Below, piece by piece: positions 9,622-16,153 of a DNA stretch of 26,851 nt. This stretch comes from a virus. Lineage: Duplodnaviria > Caudoviricetes. The stretch spans positions 1 to 26,851 of IMG/VR virus record IMGVR_UViG_3300017754_001849; one strand, 5' to 3'. The position numbers and the translations under genes are program-made. The notes under the pieces are model-generated. The model ran no database searches and was not told where the DNA came from. It saw nothing but the letters and a program-made list of their open reading frames with translations. Each line of letters opens with the position of its first letter. The first letter of the stretch is position 1.

Positions 9622-9822
9622 ATGCCTAAAAAATCAATCCCAGACGATTGTATGCCAGCGTGCGTTTCGTGCGCTTTTTTTATGTGCGAACCAAAAGAAG
9701 AGCTGGGTTTTTGTAGGCGCTATCCTCCGATGATTATTGAAGCGGAAGATGGTTACGATAGTTGCATACCCGTCACTGCCCGCGCTGATTGGTGCGGCGA
9801 ATTCATACGCAAGGTGAACTAA
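9622..9822 (+). CDS. Small Cys-rich, probably metal-binding protein
   Basis: CVSCAFF...GFCRRYPP...WCGEF; stop overlaps the next start (TAATG). Confidence 0.7.
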   Translation: MPKKSIPDDCMPACVSCAFFMCEPKEELGFCRRYPPMIIEAEDGYDSCIPVTARADWCGEFIRKVN

Positions 9823-10784
9823 TGGCTACTAAAATATCGGATGATGATTTTATTGCGACATGGCGTCGGCTGCAATCTGTAACCGATATGGCTAATGAAA
9901 TTGGGTTATCGGTGCGTGGGACTAACATGCGCCGCCGTAAGATAGAAAAAAATCACGGCATCATTCTAAATGCAGCAAGCCCACGCAGTCCTGATTTTAA
10001 AGTGTCTATACCTGAAAACGGCATTCGCGTTAATGTTGAGTTAGACAGTGGCACGATTATGGTGGCATCAGATTGCCACTACTGGCCTGGCATCATATCA
10101 ACGGCACATCGTGCGTTCGTATTGTTTGCGAAAGAATTAAAGCCCAAAGCGATTGTGATGAACGGCGACGTTTTTGATGGCGCGTCAATCAGTCGGCATC
10201 CACCTGGCGGCACTTGGGAAGCCACGCCGACGGTTAAACAAGAACTCGAAGCCTGTCAAGACCGCTTATCGGAAATTGAAGCGGCGTCGCTTAACAGTAA
10301 GCTGCATTGGCTGTGGGGGAACCATGACCAAAGATTTAACGCCCGTTTGGCTGCGCAGGTAGGTGATGGCTTTAAAGGCATAGTCGGTATGAATTTGATC
10401 GATCATTTCCCGCGCTGGAAGTTTAGTATGTCGCTTATGGTTAATGGTAGCTGTATGATTAAGCACCGTTGGCATAATGGAATCCATGCTATTTATAACA
10501 ACACTCTGAAGGCGGGCACCTCAATTGTCACTGGCCATCTTCACTCCTTAAAATGTACGCCTTTCACCGACTACACTGGCACGCGCTACGGCGTCGATAC
10601 AGGATCGCTTGCCGACGTCAACGGCCAACAGTTTAGTTACTCAGAAGATAACGCTCGCAACCACCGCTCGGGTTTTGCTGTTTTGACATTTTATAACGGC
10701 AAGCTATTGCCGCCCGAGTTATGCGAAGTATTGGACGAAGAAGAGGGTATTATTTATTTCCGTGGAAACGTCTTTAAAGTGTAA
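9822..10784 (+). CDS. Calcineurin-like metallophosphoesterase with N-terminal HTH-like segment
   Basis: Motifs SDCH, GDVFD, GNHD, HRWH, GHLH; N-terminal SVTDMANEIGLSVRGTNMRRRK; start set at coupled ATG 9822. Confidence 0.88.
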   Translation: MATKISDDDFIATWRRLQSVTDMANEIGLSVRGTNMRRRKIEKNHGIILNAASPRSPDFKVSIPENGIRVNVELDSGTIMVASDCHYWPGIISTAHRAFVLFAKELKPKAIVMNGDVFDGASISRHPPGGTWEATPTVKQELEACQDRLSEIEAASLNSKLHWLWGNHDQRFNARLAAQVGDGFKGIVGMNLIDHFPRWKFSMSLMVNGSCMIKHRWHNGIHAIYNNTLKAGTSIVTGHLHSLKCTPFTDYTGTRYGVDTGSLADVNGQQFSYSEDNARNHRSGFAVLTFYNGKLLPPELCEVLDEEEGIIYFRGNVFKV

Positions 10785-10801
10785 GAATCATAGGCTAAGA
10801 T
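10773..10801 (+). promoter_or_regulatory. Possible sigma70 promoter for the acidic protein gene
   Basis: TTTAAA, 17 nt, TAAGAT. Confidence 0.3.
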
Positions 10802-10840
10802 AGTTGTGTGGCCGTGGGGGCTGCATCTATTGGGGGTGTT

Positions 10841-11068
10841 ATGTCTATTACTATTCTGGTAATTTTACAAGATGATGAGCTTGAGTTTGCTTACGACGAA
10901 GATGGCGTGCTTTGCTATTACGACGAAGAGTCGGACGATTGGTTTGAAGATACTGATGTTGACTACGATGACGCTGGCTATGCTTACTACTTCAACGACG
11001 AATTGGAAGTCTGGCTATACTTCGATGATGAAGAAGATGCTTGGCTTGAGTTCGACATTGCAGCTTAA
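10841..11068 (+). CDS. Hyper-acidic, aromatic-rich 75 aa protein
   Basis: SD GGGGGTG before ATG 10841; 28 D/E, 16 F/Y/W and no K/R/H (manual count); followed by a terminator. Confidence 0.75.
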   Translation: MSITILVILQDDELEFAYDEDGVLCYYDEESDDWFEDTDVDYDDAGYAYYFNDELEVWLYFDDEEDAWLEFDIAA

Positions 11069-11098
11069 TTAATTTCTCGCGCCGCTTCTAAGCGGCTT

Positions 11099-11127
11099 AG
11101 CCCAGGCTTTTTGCCTGGGCTTTTTTT
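11099..11127 (+). terminator. Intrinsic terminator at convergence point
   Basis: AGCCCAGGC-TTTTT-GCCTGGGCT followed by a T run; preceded by a second hairpin GCCGCT-TCTA-AGCGGC (11081-11096). Confidence 0.85.
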
Positions 11128-11137
11128 ATGCGCGCTA

Positions 11138-11380
11138 TCAATAGTACGACGGACGCGGCGCGCACGTTACATCAACAACCACATCGGATGTGCGGCCCGA
11201 AATCTTTCGCTTGGCTAATATCATGACAGCGCGAGTGCGATTCGATTCGCAATCTTGAATGGCCATAATGACTTCATTGCGGCTCATAGGCTGAACATCT
11301 TTTTCAACCGTCAACGCGGTATTGGGTAAATCAAATGTTGAGCAGCCGGTTAAAAAAAGAAGGGGCAGTAATTTTTTCAT
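11138..11380 (-). CDS. Small lipoprotein
   Basis: MKKLLPLLFLTG-C signal peptide II/lipobox; SD GAGGTG; two further Cys. Confidence 0.8.
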   Translation of the reverse strand: MKKLLPLLFLTGCSTFDLPNTALTVEKDVQPMSRNEVIMAIQDCESNRTRAVMILAKRKISGRTSDVVVDVTCAPRPSYY

Positions 11381-11393
11381 GGTTTCACCTCAT

Positions 11394-11582
11394 TTAATGA
11401 TTAATTATTTGTTCAATACCTTGGACGCAACGCATACGGAAGTCGGCCCATTTCTTCATAAATCTTGGGTCTTCTGATGGCGGCACCCAACCGTACTTTG
11501 CGCGCCAGCGGATTGTCACGTCTGTAGTAGACGGCGTGTAAATGTAGTGATCGCTTACGCTAATGTCGTTACGTTTCTTCAT
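11394..11582 (-). CDS. Hypothetical protein
   Basis: 62 aa, SD GGAG, packed within the minus-strand operon. Confidence 0.65.
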   Translation of the reverse strand: MKKRNDISVSDHYIYTPSTTDVTIRWRAKYGWVPPSEDPRFMKKWADFRMRCVQGIEQIINH

Positions 11583-11817
11583 TGTTTCTCCTATCTTCGT
11601 TTTTTCTTCGGATTGATACTTCTCGCTTCTTCATTGCTGCAATTTCTTCTTTAGTGTAAATAGGTTTTGGTTCTGGCGGCGGTAACAGTGCTAACCATAC
11701 TTCGCCGGTATATGCCCTAAACTCACACTTATTACACTTGCGCAACCGTCTAACACCACCAGGTTGCTTTTGGGTATAGACTACATAAGTTCTTGCCCCG
11801 CAATCTTTACAGTTCAT
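11569..11817 (-). CDS. Zinc-ribbon protein (NrdR N-terminal-like)
   Basis: CKDCG...VRRLRKCNKCEFRAYTGE; ATGA coupling. Confidence 0.7.
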   Translation of the reverse strand: MNCKDCGARTYVVYTQKQPGGVRRLRKCNKCEFRAYTGEVWLALLPPPEPKPIYTKEEIAAMKKREVSIRRKNEDRRNNEET

Positions 11818-12005
11818 GCGGCGGCCTTGGCTAGTATTTCTTTACGTTCTCTAGCGTCACGTAGCGCGCAATAGCGTTGATGCAAACGATTTAAATACGA
11901 CGCCCTGCGGTACGTATCCAACTCCGTTTGCAGCATTACATAAACTTGCTTTTCGGTAAGAGACGACAATCTACTATTCATCTCAGCCCAATTTGGCTTC
12001 TTCAT
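11814..12005 (-). CDS. Hypothetical helical protein
   Basis: 63 aa, SD AAGGT, ATGA coupled on both sides. Confidence 0.7.
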   Translation of the reverse strand: MKKPNWAEMNSRLSSLTEKQVYVMLQTELDTYRRASYLNRLHQRYCALRDARERKEILAKAAA

Positions 12006-12208
12006 TTTGTTACCTTTCTATGAGTTTTTACCCACGATTGTGAGGATTCTGCTATTTCTTTGTCCGAAATTTGTATAATCCTTTCGGTCATGGGTGTACA
12101 CGTATGTATGTCCGCTGGGTTAACTTCTCCACAGCGTTGGCAAACTATGGGGATAGCCCATACGCATTTGCATTCGCGTAACTCTTTTTCGCATCTGCCG
12201 CATCTCAT
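12002..12208 (-). CDS. Cys-rich hypothetical protein
   Basis: CGRC..CKC and CQRCGEVNPADIHTC; SD GAGG; ATGA coupling. Confidence 0.6.
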   Translation of the reverse strand: MRCGRCEKELRECKCVWAIPIVCQRCGEVNPADIHTCTPMTERIIQISDKEIAESSQSWVKTHRKVTK

Positions 12209-12372
12209 AATTCCTCGCCATTCTTCTCAGCTTCTTTATTCATTTCGCGTAATGCAGCTTCCCATCCCTGCATAGCCCAATAAAGAGGTGTGTGTTTTAC
12301 AACATCAAGATCGTCAACCATTTCGTCGCCATTCCACCATTCAAAGAACTTATCTTCGTTAGTTATTTGCAT
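12205..12372 (-). CDS. Hypothetical 55 aa protein (not in ORF track)
   Basis: MQITNEDKFFEWWNGDEMVDDLDVVKHTPLYWAMQGWEAALREMNKEAEKNGEEL*; AAGGA upstream; stop overlaps the next ATG. Confidence 0.7.
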   Translation of the reverse strand: MQITNEDKFFEWWNGDEMVDDLDVVKHTPLYWAMQGWEAALREMNKEAEKNGEEL

Positions 12373-12426
12373 ATCCTATCCTTGTATTGTTAATGAGTCG
12401 TATACGCCCTTGTGATCGGTTAATGC

Positions 12427-12445
12427 CACAAAGTGACACTTTGTG
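12427..12445. repeat. Perfect 19 bp palindrome
   Basis: CACAAAGTG-A-CACTTTGTG directly after the helicase stop. Confidence 0.85.
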
Positions 12446-12447
12446 AG

Positions 12448-13785
12448 TCATTTCAATTCCTCCAATGCAACATCCGATATGGCGCGTTTGTCTTTTAGCG
12501 CGCCGAGTATTTTTTCATCAATCGTCTTTTCCGCCATAAAGACGTAGACCCATACTGCTCGCATTTGACCGGAACGATGGAGCCGGCCGATGGTTTGCTC
12601 GTAGAGTTCCAAACTCCACGGCAGCGACAGAAAGACCATGTGACACCCTCCGTGCTGTAAGTTAAGCCCATGTCCTGCTGATTTTGGGTGCACAGCGAGC
12701 AGCTCCACGTCGCCTCGGTTCCACCGCTCGATCGCGTTCGCTTCATCCAACGTAACCACCTTGGGATAGCGCCTCTTAATTTCTGCAAGCTCTTCCTGAT
12801 ACATATACGCAATGATCGTATTCGCATGTTGGTTTTCCTCTAATAGTTCCTCTAGTCGGTCAAATTTATGTGTGCTAAACCAAATGGCAGTTTTTGTAGT
12901 AGCAAACTTGCCTGGTTGAACTAATGTTTGTTTTTCTGTCTGGTAAACAAACCCAGACGCCATCTGTTGCAATTTTCCTGTAACTACTGCTGCGTTTGCT
13001 GCTATTGCTCTATCGTTGCCGCCAAACTCAACTACAAAATCTCGCTTCATTTTTGCGTAGTGCGTCATGTCCATCGTGCTGCTTATCTCCACAATATTTA
13101 ACGGCGGTAACGTGTCGCTGTATTCGCCAGGCTCTAGCAGATACGTCGCCGGTTTAATCTTCTGCATCACCGCTTGCAAGCCGCCGCGTTTAGGCATCCA
13201 CTCACCGTAGTCGCGGTTAACCAAAATAAAGTGCTGTTGCATAAACGCGCCTTTACTGCGGCCCAACAACTTTTCATTGATGATCTTGCACTGCCCGAAT
13301 ACGTCTTCTAATCCATTGCTAGTAAACGATCCGGTTAAGCCCCAACGAATAGCAAACCGATCAATCACTTTGTGTAGCGCTTTAAATCGTGCGCCGGATG
13401 GGTTCTTTAATCGTGTCAGTTCATCAAACACAACTGCATCAAAACCCGACACACCGTAATCAGCTAACCATTGCAGGTTGTCGTAATTAATGACAACGAT
13501 ATCTGACGGATTATCGACAGCGCGCAGCCGCTCTAACGGGGAACCGACAGCTAGGTTCATTATTAAAGTTGGCGCCCACTTCGGTAATTCGACAGGCCAC
13601 ACATCAGTACAAACGCGTTTGGGTGCAACAACCAAAAATCGTTTAGCGTGGCCGTCTTTAATCATCGCGGCCATTGCTGTTAACGTGATTGCAGTCTTAC
13701 CAGCACCAACCGGTGCCAAGATCATTGCCTTGTCATTCTCATAGAGAAAGTCAGCCGCTTCGTCCTGGTACGGTCTAAGCTGCAT
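12448..13785 (-). CDS. SNF2-like superfamily 2 helicase
   Basis: LRPYQ, APVGAGKT, FDEL, GLTGS, SAGHGLNLQ, QTIGRLHRSGQ. Confidence 0.92.
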   Translation of the reverse strand: MQLRPYQDEAADFLYENDKAMILAPVGAGKTAITLTAMAAMIKDGHAKRFLVVAPKRVCTDVWPVELPKWAPTLIMNLAVGSPLERLRAVDNPSDIVVINYDNLQWLADYGVSGFDAVVFDELTRLKNPSGARFKALHKVIDRFAIRWGLTGSFTSNGLEDVFGQCKIINEKLLGRSKGAFMQQHFILVNRDYGEWMPKRGGLQAVMQKIKPATYLLEPGEYSDTLPPLNIVEISSTMDMTHYAKMKRDFVVEFGGNDRAIAANAAVVTGKLQQMASGFVYQTEKQTLVQPGKFATTKTAIWFSTHKFDRLEELLEENQHANTIIAYMYQEELAEIKRRYPKVVTLDEANAIERWNRGDVELLAVHPKSAGHGLNLQHGGCHMVFLSLPWSLELYEQTIGRLHRSGQMRAVWVYVFMAEKTIDEKILGALKDKRAISDVALEELK

Positions 13786-13969
13786 CGCTGTTTCTGGCGC
13801 GGATAGCTGAAAGAAGATATTCGGCTGTATATACTTTCATTTGCGAATTCATTACCCAATCATTTTTTATATGCTCAATTAATGTCTCTAACGCTTCGCG
13901 CTCTTCTGCTTTAGCGCCTTCAATAATTAACTGCACTTCGGCTTCCGTGTATTCTTTTTGCCCACTCAT
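13775..13969 (-). CDS. Hypothetical protein
   Basis: 64 aa with AEERE...AIRAR pattern frequent in small phage ORFs; overlaps both neighbours. Confidence 0.55.
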   Translation of the reverse strand: MSGQKEYTEAEVQLIIEGAKAEEREALETLIEHIKNDWVMNSQMKVYTAEYLLSAIRARNSDAA

Positions 13970-14222
13970 CTATCATCTCCTTAGTATTTAATAGCGCATA
14001 CTTCTGATGTAAATCTAATACGTCATCGCGAAATATCACTTGTAACGGCGATAGTTTGCCGCCCTTGGGTCGTTTCAATTCTACAAACCACGTTGACCCA
14101 TCAGGCATACACGCTAAGCGATCACTTACACCGCGTTGTGTTGGCGATTTGAACTTATAGGTTCTGCCGCCAGCGTGTTCAACTGTCCAGACAAAGTAGT
14201 TTTCGATTTCTTTTTCTAGCAT
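13920..14222 (-). CDS. VRR-NUC domain nuclease
   Basis: LEKEIE...GVSDRL...FVELKRPKGGKLSPLQ; start reassigned to ATG 14222 (probably leaderless). Confidence 0.88.
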   Translation of the reverse strand: MLEKEIENYFVWTVEHAGGRTYKFKSPTQRGVSDRLACMPDGSTWFVELKRPKGGKLSPLQVIFRDDVLDLHQKYALLNTKEMIDEWAKRIHGSRSAVNY

Positions 14223-14228
14223 GTCCGA

Positions 14229-14257
14229 AATATAAACCATAAAAAAAGTATTGACAA
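14229..14257 (-). promoter_or_regulatory. Sigma70 promoter giving a leaderless VRR-NUC transcript
   Basis: On the minus strand TTGTCA, 17 nt, TATATT, 6 nt, ATG. Confidence 0.6.
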
Positions 14258-14280
14258 GGGATTCTTTAATGTTTTATTCT
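14251..14280 (+). promoter_or_regulatory. Sigma70 promoter of the replication operon
   Basis: TTGACA (14251-14256), 18 nt, TATTCT (14275-14280); -35 overlaps the divergent promoter. Confidence 0.65.
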
Positions 14281-14308
14281 TTGGGTTCAAACAGTAAAGG
14301 AGAGTAAA

Positions 14309-15427
14309 GTGCAACATTCAAATATCGTAGGCGGCAGCACTGCCAAGCGCGTCATAGCATGCCCAGCATCAGTTAAGCTGGTTCAGCAAATACCATCGAA
14401 AGACATCCCAAACGAATTTGCCGATCGCGGTACGCTACTGCATAACGTGATTGCTGATGTGCTTGAATTTAACGAAGCACCTGAAAAATATCTTGGTACT
14501 AAATACAAAGAGCAAACACTCACACAGGAGTTGATCGATGAGAAAATTGACGTTGCGCTCGCGGCGCTTGCAGAAATCGACCCAGATCGACGAATGGCAT
14601 ATATGGTCGAAACTCGCGTTGGTTTTGGCGATTTTTTGCCTGGAGTATTTGGTAGCACTGATCTTTTGGGGCGGATCGATAATCGCGCTATTGTTCTTGA
14701 TTGGAAGTTTGGCGACGGTGTGTTGGTTACTGCTGAAGAAAACTACCAACTTTTGTTCTACGCAGCCGCCGCAATGCGAACCGACAAAGCCAAATGGATT
14801 TTTGAGGGCGCCACTGAAATTGAATGTATCATCGTTCAGCCGCCAGAAATCCGACGCTGGGTAACTACACCGCAACGCGTTGCATTGTTTGAGCAAGAGT
14901 TGCGTCGTGCAGTACATGCTAGTCAAAACGAAGCGCCGACGTTTGATACAGGCGACCATTGCCGGTGGTGTGCAGCTAAACCGATCTGCCCTAAGATGAC
15001 AGGCCAAGTTGAGCGCGTATTGCAAAACAAATTGCAAGCGTTACCGATCGATCAAATTGCTTTGCAACTAGAGCAAGCTGATACCATTGAAAACTACATC
15101 AAAGATTTACGTGCATTAGCAACGCAAATGTTAGAGAATGGTCAACCGGTGCCAGGCTTTAAACTGGTGGCCAAGCGCGGTACGCGTAAATGGGTTAATG
15201 AAGAAAATGCAATAGGGCATCTTAGTTCATTAGGTATCAATCCGTTCCATGAAGAAATAGTATCGCCCGCAGTAGCAGAAAAACTGCTTAAAGCTACAGG
15301 TGAAAAATTACCGTCGGAGTTAGTTGTATCGATTTCGTCGGGTAGTACGTTGGCGCCAGAATCTGATTCGAGGCCAGCGGTGTTGCAAATCGGGAAGCAG
15401 TTATCTGCGGCCCTTTCTAAAATCTAG
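14309..15427 (+). CDS. DUF2800 / Cas4-like PD-(D/E)xK nuclease
   Basis: HS..GGSTAKRVIACP, GTLLH, GSTD, DWKFG, QLLFYA, CRWCAAKPICP; SD AAGGAG with GTG start. Confidence 0.85.
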   Translation: MQHSNIVGGSTAKRVIACPASVKLVQQIPSKDIPNEFADRGTLLHNVIADVLEFNEAPEKYLGTKYKEQTLTQELIDEKIDVALAALAEIDPDRRMAYMVETRVGFGDFLPGVFGSTDLLGRIDNRAIVLDWKFGDGVLVTAEENYQLLFYAAAAMRTDKAKWIFEGATEIECIIVQPPEIRRWVTTPQRVALFEQELRRAVHASQNEAPTFDTGDHCRWCAAKPICPKMTGQVERVLQNKLQALPIDQIALQLEQADTIENYIKDLRALATQMLENGQPVPGFKLVAKRGTRKWVNEENAIGHLSSLGINPFHEEIVSPAVAEKLLKATGEKLPSELVVSISSGSTLAPESDSRPAVLQIGKQLSAALSKI

Positions 15428-15446
15428 TCCACTAAAGGAAACTAAA

Positions 15447-16070
15447 ATGAGTACATTCGCTGTAGCAAATCTTCCAAACGTAGCGTCATTGACCACAGCA
15501 CTACGCACGCTTGAAACCGATGTCGGCCCAACGTCTTTTGCCATTCTAAAAATGGACAAAGGTGGTATCTGGGTATTCGGCGCGGATCAAACTGAAGTTG
15601 AAGCTGGGTCAACATGGGCAATTAATCCATTCTCTTTTGTCCACGGCTTTATCGCTTGGGGCGATCGCGAAGTGTTGGCCGAAAAGCTGGTACCTGTTAC
15701 ACAACCACTGCCTGAATTAGATGTAGCACCCACGGGCTGCAAAAAGGGTTGGGAAAAGCAATTAGGCTTTGCCCTGCGTTGTGTGTCAGGTAAAGACAAA
15801 GGTTTGGAAGCACGTTACACAACAACTAGCCAAGGTGGTCTTCGTGCCGTTGCTGCATTAGGCGCGCATATCACCACGCAAGTTGATGCAGATCAAACCA
15901 AGCCGGTGCCTGTAGTTCAATTAAAGAAGTCCTTCTACACGCACAAGTCTTACGGCAAAATCTACACACCTGACTTTGATGTGGTAGATTGGGTTTCAAT
16001 GGAAGGCGCTTCTGGTGAAGAAGAGTCAGCCGAAGAAGCAGCGCCGGCTCGCCGCCGTCGTTCGGCCTAA
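15447..16070 (+). CDS. Probable single-stranded DNA-binding protein
   Basis: Lies between the DUF2800-like gene and polA; beta/aromatic-rich (YTHKSYGKIYTPDF) with acidic tail; SD AAGGA before ATG 15447. Confidence 0.55.
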   Translation: MSTFAVANLPNVASLTTALRTLETDVGPTSFAILKMDKGGIWVFGADQTEVEAGSTWAINPFSFVHGFIAWGDREVLAEKLVPVTQPLPELDVAPTGCKKGWEKQLGFALRCVSGKDKGLEARYTTTSQGGLRAVAALGAHITTQVDADQTKPVPVVQLKKSFYTHKSYGKIYTPDFDVVDWVSMEGASGEEESAEEAAPARRRRSA

Positions 16071-16077
16071 GTAATAC

Positions 16078-16143
16078 GGGGGAAAGTGGTACTAGACAAG
16101 TGGAGCGGAGATACTTTGTTTTGCCCAGCGCCATAAGTACCCC
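16078..16143 (+). ncRNA. Putative cis-acting structured RNA upstream of polA
   Basis: GGGG/CCCC helix, GAA/AGUA internal loop, GUGGU/GCCAU helix, further partial pairing. Confidence 0.5.
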
Positions 16144-16153
16144 ACCTAATCCT

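Noticed and set aside
12359-12451. 30 aa minus-strand ORF coupled to the helicase stop
   Set aside because: Too short with no features; may only be the spacer carrying the palindrome.
14435-15037. 200 aa antisense ORF
   Set aside because: Shadow of the DUF2800-like gene with no motifs; the same applies to the other antisense and nested ORFs inside large genes.
15324-15446. Long N-terminal extensions in the ORF track (also starts at 9789, 16100, 14240, 22057, 10808)
   Set aside because: Downstream starts have SD, coupling or promoter support and better match family N-termini.
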